A stretch of 64,000 bases of DNA, taken from Desulfobaccales bacterium. Its GTDB lineage: Bacteria; Desulfobacterota; Desulfobaccia; Desulfobaccales; 0-14-0-80-60-11. The stretch's first letter is position 1, and each line of letters starts with the position of its first letter. Location of the stretch: NCBI GenBank assembly GCA_049696835.1, contig JBAVUP010000014.1:332-64331 (forward strand), read 5' to 3'. The position numbers and the translations under genes are program-made. Shown here piece by piece: positions 27,635-36,847 of this stretch. Below the pieces are notes generated by a model, which saw nothing but the letters and a program-made list of their open reading frames with translations, had not been told where the DNA came from and did no database searches.

Positions 27635-28651
27635 GTGGCTTTGGACCCGAACGGCGGATTCGACCAAATCATGGCCATGGGCCGGGGCTTTCAGGCAACC
27701 AAGATGCTTATGGCAGCCGTGGATCTGGGCCTGTTCGATTTCCTGGAAGAACCGAAGAGCGCGGTGGAGATCGCGGCCTGGCTTAAGGCCGACGCCCGGG
27801 CCACCGGCATCTTTTTGAACGGCCTGGCGGCCCTGGGTCTCCTGGTCAAGGGGGTGGATTACTTCCGCAACAGCGACCCGGCCTCCCGCTATCTGGTGCA
27901 GGGCAAAGAGGACTACCGGGGAGCCATCCTCAAGCACATGGAACACACCTGGAAACGGGGCTGGGAAGACCTCAAGGACACGGTCCTGGTGGGTCATCCA
28001 CCGGGAGTGGATAAAGAAAAGTGGGTGGATTCCCGCCCCGAACGGGACGAAGACGAGGTGCGGGCCTTCATCTGGGGCATGCACGCCATTGCCCGGGACC
28101 TGGCCCCGATGGTGGCGGCCAAGCTGAATCTGGCCGGCGTGCGCCGTCTCCTGGACCTGGGGGGCGGGCCGGCTACCTATGCCATCACCTTTGCCCAGGC
28201 CAACCCGAAGCTGGCCGCCACGGTCTTCGACCTGCCCATGCCCATCGAGATCGCCAGGGAAAATATCGCCAAAAGCGGCCTGACGGACCGGGTACACACC
28301 CTGGCGGGGAACTTCCTGAAAGACGACATCGGCACGGGCTATGATTTCATTTGGGTTTCCCAGATTCTCCACAGCCATGACGAGGGGCAGTGCAAGCTCA
28401 TCATCGGCAAAGCGGCGGCGGCCCTCAAGGGCGGCGGCACCCTGGCCATCCAGGACTTCTTTCTCAACGCCGACGGCGCCAGCCCCACGGGCGCGGCCAT
28501 GTTCGGAGTGCACATGCTGGCCGTTACCCCCCGGGGCCGGGCCTATACCTTCGGGGAGGTGGCGGAATGGATGAAAAAGGCCGGCCTGACGCCCCCGGAG
28601 TTCATCCAATCCGGCATGGATGCCAGTATTTTGGTGGCCCAGAAGAAGTAG
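27635..28651 (+). CDS. Class I SAM-dependent O-methyltransferase (dimerisation plus Methyltransf_2 type)
   Basis: GTG 27635 follows GAAAGGGGG. Contains ...LLDLGGGPATYAI...DFIWVSQILHSH... The track start at 27584 is TTG and is less likely. Confidence 0.78.
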   Translation: MALDPNGGFDQIMAMGRGFQATKMLMAAVDLGLFDFLEEPKSAVEIAAWLKADARATGIFLNGLAALGLLVKGVDYFRNSDPASRYLVQGKEDYRGAILKHMEHTWKRGWEDLKDTVLVGHPPGVDKEKWVDSRPERDEDEVRAFIWGMHAIARDLAPMVAAKLNLAGVRRLLDLGGGPATYAITFAQANPKLAATVFDLPMPIEIARENIAKSGLTDRVHTLAGNFLKDDIGTGYDFIWVSQILHSHDEGQCKLIIGKAAAALKGGGTLAIQDFFLNADGASPTGAAMFGVHMLAVTPRGRAYTFGEVAEWMKKAGLTPPEFIQSGMDASILVAQKK

Positions 28652-28773
28652 GGGGAAATGCCGGGACGAACAGGCGAAAGGGGGAAAAGCGCGTTTTCGC
28701 CAGGGAGGACACATGGGTCCGCCCCCACAAAAGATATAGCATTTGCCAGAAATTTATACCGCTTGTTGATTTT

Positions 28774-28866
28774 AAATCCCCCTAAATCCCCCTTGGTCAA
28801 AGGGGGACTTTAGAAGTAATTCCTTATAGTTCCCCCCTTTTCTCAAGGGGGGTTAAGGGGGATTTT
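28774..28866. repeat. Second palindromic pair of the C5/G5-rich ~35-nt unit, with the opposite internal order to 24202-24288
   Basis: aaatccccctaaatcccccttggtcaaagggggactttag ... ttccccccttttctcaaggggggttaagggggatttt. Confidence 0.8.
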
Positions 28867-29003
28867 GGTTTAAGGGGCATTCCCAATAACAGGAAAAACT
28901 TATGACATTCGCTATACATGAGCTGTTGGAGTACAACTTGGTATCAGTCTTCTCTTATCCAGAGGGTTCACGTGCTTTTTTTCACTACCCTGGCGGGAGA
29001 TTC

Positions 29004-29032
29004 TTGACAGCAGCGCTTTGACGAAATAAACT
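29004..29032 (+). promoter_or_regulatory. Candidate sigma-70 promoter for the aminotransferase-serA pair
   Basis: TTGACA (29004-09), 17-nt spacer, TAAACT (29027-32), about 70 nt upstream of ATG 29100. Confidence 0.35.
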
Positions 29033-29099
29033 TATTAATTCTAAGATGTTCACAAAATTCCCTCGCAGCCTGAAGAGGGCGTAAGGTAAGGTACGCAAG

Positions 29100-30245
29100 A
29101 TGAAGATGTATCTGATGACGCCGGGCCCGACCCCCGTCGCCCCGGAAACTCAGCTGGCCATGGCTCAGCCCATCATTCACCACCGCTCGCCCCAATTCAT
29201 GGACATCCTGGCAGAGGTGCGGAAGGGGCTGAAGTATCTGTTCCAGACCGAACAGGAAGTACTTATCTTCACCGCCACCGGCACCGGCGCCATGGAAGGA
29301 GCGGTGGCCAACACCCTATCCGCCGGGGATACCGCCCTGGTGGTGGACGGCGGCAAATTCGGCGAGCGCTGGACCGAACTCTGCAATGTCTACGGGGTCA
29401 AGGTGAATCGCCTGCCCGTGGAATGGGGCCGGGCCGTGGACCCCAGGGAAGTGGCCAAGAGCCTGGATGCCGACCCGGAGATCAAGGCGGTCTTTGTCCA
29501 GGCCAATGAGACCTCCACCGGGGTGCAGCATCCGGTGCAAGAGCTGGCGGAAGTGACCAGGAACCGGCCGGGCACCATCCTGGTGGTGGACGCCATCTCG
29601 GCCCTGGGGGGCTACGCGCTGCCCATGGATGAGTGGGGCATCGACGTGTTGGTGGCCGGTTCCCAAAAGGCCATGATGCTGCCGCCGGGCCTGGCCTTCG
29701 CCGCCCTGAGCGGCAAGGCCTGGGAGTTTGTCAAGAAATCCACCCTGCCCAAATATTACTTCGATTTCACCAAGCAGCTCAAATCGCAAGGCAAGAACCA
29801 GACGCCTTACACCTCGCCGGTCTCCCTGATCCTGGGCTTGCAGGAAGTCCTGGCCAAGATCCGCAAGTACGGGCTGGACAGGATTTATGCCCATAACCGG
29901 CGGCTGTCCGCGGCCGCCAAGGCGGCCATGCAGGCCATGGGGCTCAGCCTCTATTCCAAAGACTATCCGTCGGTGGTGCTGACCGCGGTGGAGGCCCCGG
30001 CGGGGGTAGACGGCCAGAAAGTGGTGAGCAAGCTGCGGGAACAGGGCATCTGGATCGCCGGCGGCCAGGCCCAGGCCAAGGGCAAGATTTTCCGCATCGC
30101 CCACATGGGCTTCATCGACACCGTGGATCTCCTGGGCACCCTCGGCGGCCTGGAGATGGTGCTCAAAGAGTTGGGATACCAGGTCGAACCCGGCGTGGGG
30201 CTGCGGGCGGCCCAAGAGATCTTGATCAAGGAGGCAGGGGCATGA
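29100..30245 (+). CDS. Class V pyridoxal-phosphate aminotransferase (serine-pyruvate / phosphoserine aminotransferase type)
   Basis: 381 aa, MTPGPTPVAPE...FTATGTGAMEGAV...GSQKAMMLPPGLAF... The stop overlaps the serA start. Confidence 0.82.
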   Translation: MKMYLMTPGPTPVAPETQLAMAQPIIHHRSPQFMDILAEVRKGLKYLFQTEQEVLIFTATGTGAMEGAVANTLSAGDTALVVDGGKFGERWTELCNVYGVKVNRLPVEWGRAVDPREVAKSLDADPEIKAVFVQANETSTGVQHPVQELAEVTRNRPGTILVVDAISALGGYALPMDEWGIDVLVAGSQKAMMLPPGLAFAALSGKAWEFVKKSTLPKYYFDFTKQLKSQGKNQTPYTSPVSLILGLQEVLAKIRKYGLDRIYAHNRRLSAAAKAAMQAMGLSLYSKDYPSVVLTAVEAPAGVDGQKVVSKLREQGIWIAGGQAQAKGKIFRIAHMGFIDTVDLLGTLGGLEMVLKELGYQVEPGVGLRAAQEILIKEAGA

Positions 30246-31825
30246 AAGTCCTGATCAGTGATAACTTGCACCAGGCGGGCATTGACATCCTCAAGGCCCA
30301 TCCCAATATTGAGGTGGTCGCCCGCCCCGGCATGCAACCCGGAGAGCTTTTGGCCGAGATCAAGGACGCCGACGCCCTGGTCATCCGCAGCGCCACCAAA
30401 GTCACCGCGGACCTGATTGCCGCTGCGCCCCGCTTGAAAGTGGTGGGCCGGGCCGGCACCGGGCTGGACAACGTGGACATCCCCGCGGCCAGCAAACGGG
30501 GCATTGTGGTGATGAACACCCCGGGGGGCAACACCATCACCACCGCGGAGCACGCCTTGTCGCTCATGATGGCCCTGGCCCGCAATATTCCCCAGGCGGC
30601 CAGTTCCATGCGGGAAGGCAAATGGGAGAAAAAGAAATTCCAGGGGACTGAATTGTTCAACAAGACCCTGGGGATCATCGGCATGGGGCGCATCGGCACC
30701 GTAGTGGCCGAGCGGGGCCTGGGCCTGCGGATGCGGGTCTTGTGCTATGACCCCTTCATTACCAAGGAATTGGCGGCCCAGATCGGGGCGGAGCTGGTCT
30801 CCCTGGATGAACTCCTGGCCCGGTCCGACTTCATTACCATCCACACCCCCAAAACCAAGGACACGGCCAAGCTCCTGAGCAAGGAAGCCTTCATGAAGAT
30901 GAAGCCCGGGGTACGCCTGATCAACTGCGCCCGGGGCGGTCTGATCGATGAGACGGCCCTGCTGGCGGCGTTGAAGGCAGGCAAGGTGGCGGGCGCGGCC
31001 CTGGACGTCTACGAAACCGAGCCCCCTACTGCCGATTGGCCGCTGCGGGAGATGCCCAACGTCATCTGCACGCCCCACCTGGGCGCGTCCACCGAAGAGG
31101 CCCAGGCCAATGTCGCGGTGGCGGTATGCGAGCAGATTTTGGAGCTGCTCATCTATGGCACCATCAAGAACGCGGTCAATGCCCCTTCCGTGAGTCAGGA
31201 GGCCATGACCCAACTCAAGCCTTACCTGACCCTGGCGGAGGCCCTGGGTGGCTTTCAGGCCCAGATCAGCGAAGGCCCCGTCACCGCGGTGGCCATTGCC
31301 TATGTGGGCGAAGTGGCCAAACTGGACACCAAGCCCCTGACCCATTCCATCCTGAAGGGCTTGCTCTACCCGGTGGTGGGCGATGAAGTAAATTACGTCA
31401 ATGCCCCAGCCATGGCGGCCTCCCGGGGTATTCACCTCAGCGAAGAGAAGGTGGACGCTACGGAGGACTTCTCCACGCTAATCCGCCTGAGCGTCAAGGC
31501 CGGCAATGAGGAAAACGTGGTGGCCGGCACTATCTTCGGTAAGTACGAGCCGCGCCTGGTGCGGATCAATAAATTCCGCATGGAGGTCATTCCCGAGGGG
31601 CACATGCTGTTCATCTACAACACCGACCGGCCCGGGGTGATCGGGGCCATCGGCACCACCATCGGCAAACACAGTATCAACATCGCCCGGATGACCGTGG
31701 GCCAGGAGAAGGAGAGGGGGCAGAACATCATCCTGCTCACCACCGACACTCCCGTGACCCCGGAATGTCTCAGCGATGTCAAGGCCCTGGAGCACGTGGC
31801 CATGGCCTACCAACTGGAGCTGTAA
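30242..31825 (+). CDS. serA: D-3-phosphoglycerate dehydrogenase (long form with ASB and ACT domains)
   Basis: 527 aa, MKVLISDNL...GRAGTGLDNVDI...GIIGMGRIGT...CTPHLGASTEEAQ... Confidence 0.93.
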   Translation: MKVLISDNLHQAGIDILKAHPNIEVVARPGMQPGELLAEIKDADALVIRSATKVTADLIAAAPRLKVVGRAGTGLDNVDIPAASKRGIVVMNTPGGNTITTAEHALSLMMALARNIPQAASSMREGKWEKKKFQGTELFNKTLGIIGMGRIGTVVAERGLGLRMRVLCYDPFITKELAAQIGAELVSLDELLARSDFITIHTPKTKDTAKLLSKEAFMKMKPGVRLINCARGGLIDETALLAALKAGKVAGAALDVYETEPPTADWPLREMPNVICTPHLGASTEEAQANVAVAVCEQILELLIYGTIKNAVNAPSVSQEAMTQLKPYLTLAEALGGFQAQISEGPVTAVAIAYVGEVAKLDTKPLTHSILKGLLYPVVGDEVNYVNAPAMAASRGIHLSEEKVDATEDFSTLIRLSVKAGNEENVVAGTIFGKYEPRLVRINKFRMEVIPEGHMLFIYNTDRPGVIGAIGTTIGKHSINIARMTVGQEKERGQNIILLTTDTPVTPECLSDVKALEHVAMAYQLEL

Positions 31826-31861
31826 GCCTAATCGCGAGGTAATATTGCGCCGGAGGCCAGC

Positions 31862-32302
31862 ATGGGTGAGCCCGAAGATAAAGGTTATACCGTCAAAGGC
31901 CGGCGTTATCTCCACCTGAGTGAGGCAGAGAAGGGCAAAATCCGGGCAGAGGAAGCGGCCAAAGAAGCCGCCAAGGACGCCGCGGCGGAGGAAGCCTTCC
32001 AGGAGGCTTCCCAAAAGGCTGCGGCGGAGGTCGCCGAGGCGACCCAAGAGATGCCCCTGCCGGAGATCACCTTCTCTTCCTTTGTCTTTTCCCTGAGTTC
32101 CTCGGCCCTGGTCAGTCTGGGAGCGATTCCGGACCCCAACACCGGCAAGATGGAAAAGAATCTTTCCATGGCCAAGCAGACCATCGATCTGCTGGCCATA
32201 CTGCGCGACAAGACCAGGAACAACCTGACCCAAGAGGAAGAAATCCTCTTCGATCACCTGCTCTATGATTTGCGCATGGTGTACATCAAGGAAGTGGGCT
32301 GA
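31862..32302 (+). CDS. DUF1844-family protein
   Basis: 146 aa, ...ITFSSFVFSLSSSALVSLGAIPDPNTGKMEKNLSMAKQTIDLLAILRDKTRNNLT... Confidence 0.7.
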   Translation: MGEPEDKGYTVKGRRYLHLSEAEKGKIRAEEAAKEAAKDAAAEEAFQEASQKAAAEVAEATQEMPLPEITFSSFVFSLSSSALVSLGAIPDPNTGKMEKNLSMAKQTIDLLAILRDKTRNNLTQEEEILFDHLLYDLRMVYIKEVG

Positions 32303-32331
32303 TTACGGGCGGTGCCGGGGACGCCATCAGG

Positions 32332-33198
32332 ATGCTCTGTCCCGCCAAGGTAAATCTCTATCTCCGGGTGGTGGGTCGCCGGTCCGACGGTTACCACGAA
32401 GTGGTGACCGTGATGCAGCCCTTGAGCCTGGCCGATGTCCTGACCGTTGACCTGGACGGAGAGGGTATCCAGCTGACGTGCGACCAGCCGGAGTTGCCCC
32501 AGGGGGAAGAGAACCTGGTGTGGCGGGCGGCCCGGCGGTTCCAGGAGGAGACGGGGCAGCCCGGGGGGGTCCGCCTGCGCCTCAGCAAAAAAATTCCCGT
32601 GGCCGCCGGTCTGGGGGGCGGGAGCAGTGATGCCGCGGGGACCTTGCTGGCCCTCAACGCCTTGACCGGCAAGCCCCTGGCCGATTCCCGTCTGCACCAC
32701 CTGGCCAGCCGCCTGGGGGCTGACGTTCCCTTTTTTCTCCGCCGGCAGCCGGCGGTGGGGCGCGGCATCGGCACGGAACTCAGTCCCGTGACCTTGCCGC
32801 CTTACTGGTATTTGCTGGTCAATCCGGGGGTGCCGCTCTCCACCCGCTGGGTCTATGAGCATCTCGATCCGGCCGGTCTGCCGGGGCCGCCGGCCACGGA
32901 GACCTGGGACCCGGAGCACCCGGACACGTGGGTCCGCAACGATCTGGGGACGGTGGCGCTCAAGCGCTTTCCCGAACTGGCCGGGATACTGGAGAGTCTC
33001 AAGATATCGGGGGCCTGGACCCAAGGCATGTCGGGAAGCGGGCCCACCCTGTTCGGTCTGTTCCACCACCGGGAGACGGCGTATGCGGCGGGCCTGCGCC
33101 TGCGCCGAACTTTGGCGGGGTGGCTGGCCGTCGCCCGGGGCCTCAGCGGCCCGGAACCCGAGACTGCCTGGGAGAACCACGTATGGACGATCTTATAA
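32332..33198 (+). CDS. ispE: 4-diphosphocytidyl-2-C-methyl-D-erythritol kinase
   Basis: [29 protein letters not shown]...[17 protein letters not shown]... Confidence 0.92.
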   Translation: MLCPAKVNLYLRVVGRRSDGYHEVVTVMQPLSLADVLTVDLDGEGIQLTCDQPELPQGEENLVWRAARRFQEETGQPGGVRLRLSKKIPVAAGLGGGSSDAAGTLLALNALTGKPLADSRLHHLASRLGADVPFFLRRQPAVGRGIGTELSPVTLPPYWYLLVNPGVPLSTRWVYEHLDPAGLPGPPATETWDPEHPDTWVRNDLGTVALKRFPELAGILESLKISGAWTQGMSGSGPTLFGLFHHRETAYAAGLRLRRTLAGWLAVARGLSGPEPETAWENHVWTIL

Positions 33199-34118
33199 TT
33201 TTTAGCGGTAATGCCAATCGGCCCCTGGCGGAAAAGATCTGCGAGCACCTCGGGATCGCTCTGGGAAATGCCGTGGTGGGGCGGTTCTCCGATGGGGAAA
33301 TCTCCGTGGAGTTCCGGGAGAATGTCCGGGGCAAGGATGTGTACGTGATTCAGCCCACCTCTATGCCTTCGAACGAAAACCTGGTCGAATTGCTCATCAT
33401 GATGGATGCCCTGAAGCGGGCCTCAGCCCGCTGCATCACGGCGGTGGTGACCTACTATGCCTATGCCCGCCAGGACCGCAAGACCGCGCCCCGGACCCCC
33501 ATTTCCGCCAAGCTGGTGGCCGATCTCATCACCACCGCCGGGGCCAACCGGATGCTCACCATGGACCTGCATACCGGGCAGATTCAAGGGTTTTTCAATA
33601 TCCCGGTGGACCATCTCTACGCGGCGCCGGTGACCCTGGAGTATATCCGGGAACATTTTCATGGCGACGTGGTGGTGGTCTCCCCCGATGCCGGCGGCGT
33701 GGAACGGGCCCGGGCCTTTGCCAAGCGTCTGAACTCCTCTTTGGCCATCATTGATAAGCGGCGGGACGCCACGGCCATCAAGGCCATGACCCTGATCGGC
33801 AATGTCTGGGGCAAGGAGGCCATTATCCTGGACGACATGGTCACCACCGGCGCCACCCTGACCATGGCCGCGGATCTGCTCATGCGCCACGGGGCGCGCG
33901 CCGTCCATGCCTGCGTCACCCATCCGGTGATGTCCCACAACGCCGTAAGCAATCTCCAGGGGTCCATGGTCCAGACCCTGGCGGTCACCGACACCATCCC
34001 TCTGAGCCCGGAGGCCGCGGCCCTGGAGAAAATCCGGGTGTTGTCCGTGGCGCCCCTCCTGGGGGACGCCATCAAGCGGATACACAATCAGGACTCGGTG
34101 AGTTCTTTGTTTGTTTAG
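33183..34118 (+). CDS. prs: Ribose-phosphate pyrophosphokinase
   Basis: [24 protein letters not shown]...[10 protein letters not shown]...[11 protein letters not shown]...[15 protein letters not shown] 32928..34118 is an artefactual upstream extension. Confidence 0.95.
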   Translation: MDDLIIFSGNANRPLAEKICEHLGIALGNAVVGRFSDGEISVEFRENVRGKDVYVIQPTSMPSNENLVELLIMMDALKRASARCITAVVTYYAYARQDRKTAPRTPISAKLVADLITTAGANRMLTMDLHTGQIQGFFNIPVDHLYAAPVTLEYIREHFHGDVVVVSPDAGGVERARAFAKRLNSSLAIIDKRRDATAIKAMTLIGNVWGKEAIILDDMVTTGATLTMAADLLMRHGARAVHACVTHPVMSHNAVSNLQGSMVQTLAVTDTIPLSPEAAALEKIRVLSVAPLLGDAIKRIHNQDSVSSLFV

Positions 34119-34125
34119 TAAGCGG

Positions 34126-35069
34126 TTAGCAGTTAGCTGTAATGACATATGACGTTAGCATACGGTTAGCCGCGTGACAACGATACTCAGACACATAAAT
34201 TTGCATGGGGGTTCTTCCCCCGAGACTCTGATGAGGACGTCGAGTGTTGTATTCGAAATCCCAGAGTTTCAATTGGTATCGCCTCATTTCGGGATCGGTG
34301 AATCTAACGACATGGAACAATTCTTCATTGTCGGTCCGATGGCTCCTTTCAACGATGCCGTTTTGCCAAGGACAACCAGGTTTGCATTTGCCATGAATCA
34401 ACCCCAACTCTGCCAACAGTCGCTCAAAGGCGCTTTTTCTCTCGGGATGGGCGCTGAACCTCATGGTGAACTCGTAGGCGTTGTCGGTCCAGACGAGAAA
34501 AAGGGGGGTAGAAGGTCCAGCGCTCGCTTCAAGACCCCCGCCACGGTAGCCGATTTCCGGTCCCCATGTATCTCGGTGTATTTGAGTCGAGTGCGTAAAT
34601 GAATTGCACTGATCTTGTATTCAAACCCTTTTCCACCTTGCACGGCGGGCAACTGCTGGATGTCCATTTGAATTCGGTGACGCCCCACGGGAATCGCGGT
34701 TCTTGGAGCTTTTTCCCTTTTGGGAGGCCGAGTCAGCCCCTCCTGCAGCAAAATGCTCAAGACCGTACCACGGTTTGCCCACGGGAACAGCCCTTTCAAT
34801 TCCTGGGCAATCCGAATCGGGCCATGGTTCTGATGCTCCATCCGGTAGCCGATTACCGCAGCACGGTACTCAGGGGTGATAACCGTTTGAGGCGTGAGCG
34901 GAGCCGAGCTCTTGTCCAAGGGGCTCTCTCTTTTTGTCCACCTTTGGATGGTAGTGGGATTTACCCCAAACCGTTGAGCCAGCTTCCGAATGCTCACTCC
35001 CTCTGCATGCAACCTTTTGACTGTTTGACGCTGTTTCAGGGTCAGAGCAGCTTGGGAATGGAGTTTCAT
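34126..35069 (-). CDS. IS481-family DDE transposase, split over two frames at C6T5 (34498-34508 on + strand)
   Basis: HTH-type N-terminus MKLHSQAALTLKQRQTVKRLHAEGVSIRKLAQRFGV. First Asp in RIQMDIQQLP. After a -1 shift the frame reads PPFFLVWTDNAYEFTMRF...CPWQNGIVERSHRT...RRPHQSLGGRTP. The last 4 codons and the stop lie in flanking array sequence. Confidence 0.8.
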
Positions 35070-35128
35070 GGTTTCCCCCTCCTTCACCCAAGCATAATAA
35101 TGTATGTTAATCTAAATTGTCAATACAG
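34126..35128 (-). mobile_element. IS481-family insertion sequence (~1 kb) inserted into a GTTAGCA heptamer array
   Basis: Imperfect terminal inverted repeats: TGTAATGACATATGACGTTAGCATA from 34138 against the reverse complement of ...TATGTTAATCTAAATTGTCAATACA ending at 35127 (about 19/26 identical). Both flanks read GTTAGC. A DDE transposase lies inside. Confidence 0.8.
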
Positions 35129-35161
35129 TTAGCAGTTAGCAGTTAGCAGTTAGCAGTTAGC
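35128..35161. repeat. Left arm of heptamer cassette: GTTAGCA x~5 (continues as GTAAGCG GTTAGCA GTTAGC at 34118-34137 on the other side of the IS)
   Basis: Read directly. Confidence 0.9.
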
Positions 35162-35257
35162 TTCCTACAGCCTCAATTTCCTTTGATTCCATAACTCCGT
35201 CCGTGAGCCCAGAACGTTCGGCGAGCAAAACTAGTAATTACACAACAGGAGGGTCAA

Positions 35258-35449
35258 ATGGCTAACTTACCTGGTCCACAACCAGATATAAAGTACTGGC
35301 CCATTTGTAAGTCGAAATTAAGAAACGTGCCCAGAAGTAAAATGAAATCAAGAGGGTATGTGAGAAGAGATGGCACTGTCGCAAACGACACGCATACCTA
35401 CGATTGTTTAAACTGCAAAAATCGATTTGAAATTAACCAAGATAGATAA
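35258..35449 (+). CDS. Hypothetical 63-aa basic protein with C...H...CxxC motif, A+T-rich cargo ORF
   Basis: Strong RBS AGGAGG lies 6 nt upstream. MANLPGPQPDIKYWPICKSKLRNVPRSKMKSRGYVRRDGTVANDTHTYDCLNCKNRFEINQDR. 74/192 = 39% G+C by hand count. Confidence 0.55.
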   Translation: MANLPGPQPDIKYWPICKSKLRNVPRSKMKSRGYVRRDGTVANDTHTYDCLNCKNRFEINQDR

Positions 35450-35509
35450 GTTACTGCAAGGTGCGTCTATTTCACATTATAAATCGGCGCCTAAGACGCG
35501 CTCTACTTT

Positions 35510-35600
35510 GCTAACTGCTAACTGCTAACTGCTAACTGCTAACTGCTAACTGCTAACTGCTAACTGCTAACTGCTAAAAGCTAACTGCTAAAAGCTGATA
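35510..35600. repeat. Right arm of heptamer cassette: GCTAACT x9, then GCTAAAA, GCTAACT, GCTAAAA, GCTGATA
   Basis: Read directly. GCTAACT is the reverse complement of the left-arm unit register AGTTAGC. The terminal units are reverse complements of units in the 4239-4276 arm. Confidence 0.9.
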
Positions 35601-35613
35601 GTTGAAGGCCAAT

Positions 35614-36228
35614 ATGCAATTGATCGTGGGATTGGGGAATCCCGGCCGGGAATACGCCTGGACCCGACATAATCTGGGATTCCAGGTGGTGGCCTACCTG
35701 GCGGAACTCTGGGGCATTGCCTTAACTCGACACACGCACGCCTCCGTCTGGGGCCAGGGGCGCGTGGCCCAGCAAGCCGTCATCCTGGCGCAGCCCACCA
35801 CCTATATGAATCTGAGCGGCCAGGCGGTGTCGCGTCTCCTGGCTTATTTCAAGGTATCTCTCGGAGATTTGGTGGTCATCCATGACGATCTGGACGTGCC
35901 GCTCTGGCGCCTCAAATTGGCGGAGCGCGGCGGCCCGGGGGGCCATCGGGGCGTGCTGGACATTATCGCGGCGCTCCATACCGAGGAATTCCTCCGGGTC
36001 AAACTGGGGATTGGCCGGCCACCGCCGGGGATGCCGGCGGAGAACTATGTGCTGTCCCACTTTCCGGCGGCAGAGGCCGAACAGGTGGCGACCCTCGTCG
36101 AACGGGCGGCCCAGGCGGTGGATTGCCTGATGCGGGAAGGGTTGAAAGCGGCGCAGAATCGATTCCATGGCACCCCGGAGCTGCCGGAGGAACCGGCCCA
36201 AGAGCCGGGAAACGACCGGGCCGATTGA
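35614..36228 (+). CDS. pth: Peptidyl-tRNA hydrolase
   Basis: MQLIVGLGNPGREYAWTRHNLGF...VIHDDLDVPLWRLKL...GGHRGV... Confidence 0.93.
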   Translation: MQLIVGLGNPGREYAWTRHNLGFQVVAYLAELWGIALTRHTHASVWGQGRVAQQAVILAQPTTYMNLSGQAVSRLLAYFKVSLGDLVVIHDDLDVPLWRLKLAERGGPGGHRGVLDIIAALHTEEFLRVKLGIGRPPPGMPAENYVLSHFPAAEAEQVATLVERAAQAVDCLMREGLKAAQNRFHGTPELPEEPAQEPGNDRAD

Positions 36229-36332
36229 CCTCAAGACCCATACGGGAGTAACAGACCCCGGGAGTCTATCAACCATACCTATCCGGTTTTCCTGAAAAAC
36301 TAAACCCGGCCTTGGCAAAGGAGGGATGCACG

Positions 36333-36842
36333 ATGCCGCCCAGAGGGGATGATGACGACCGGGAGCGGCCCAGCTGGCGGGAGATCGATCAACGCCGGGA
36401 CGGCACGCGCCACCGGCGGCCGGCTCAGCCCCGGGTGCCGAAAAAACAGGCGGAGATGATCCGCAAGCAGGCCCTGGCCCAGGCCGAAGCCCTGTTCAAG
36501 GGGAAGCGGGCCCGGCCGGAATACCAAACCGACTTAAAAAAGCTGGAAGCCAGCCACGGCAGCAAAAAATTCCCGGCCCTGGCTAAAAAATTCCTGGAAG
36601 AGTACGGCTTGCCGGAAGAATGGGGCGCCCTGAGCCGCTTCCTGGATTATGCCGATCCCGGCGTGGTGGCGGAAGTGCTGCGGGCCATGGGGGCGCAAGC
36701 GGCGCAACGCAGCCGGGTGGAAAAGCAGGGATTTAAGGGCCGTTTGCAGGTCTTGGCCTTAACCAGCCCCCATGCGGCAATCAGGCAGGCGGCGGAGGAA
36801 ATCCTGGCCGGATTCGATGAGGCCAGGAACGGTCTCCCATAA
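36333..36842 (+). CDS. Hypothetical protein (charged N-terminus, helical C-terminus)
   Basis: ATG 36333 lies 7 nt after AAGGAGGG. 169 aa. No family recognised. Confidence 0.5.
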   Translation: MPPRGDDDDRERPSWREIDQRRDGTRHRRPAQPRVPKKQAEMIRKQALAQAEALFKGKRARPEYQTDLKKLEASHGSKKFPALAKKFLEEYGLPEEWGALSRFLDYADPGVVAEVLRAMGAQAAQRSRVEKQGFKGRLQVLALTSPHAAIRQAAEEILAGFDEARNGLP

Positions 36843-36847
36843 ATAAA

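Noticed and set aside
32928-33182. N-terminal extensions of track ORFs that run through upstream genes or repeat arrays. They affect prs (32928), rpmD (5146), pth (35602), gatC (57367), prmA (23154), rsmE (24757) and the transketolase N-subunit (57024).
   Set aside because: In each case an internal ATG or GTG with a Shine-Dalgarno motif coincides with the conserved N-terminus of the protein family. The extensions are low-complexity or overlap other genes.
35510-35600. Possible CRISPR array, given the many short identical direct repeats.
   Set aside because: The units are 7 nt and strictly contiguous with no spacers, and no cas genes are present. The same applies to all other arrays in the window.
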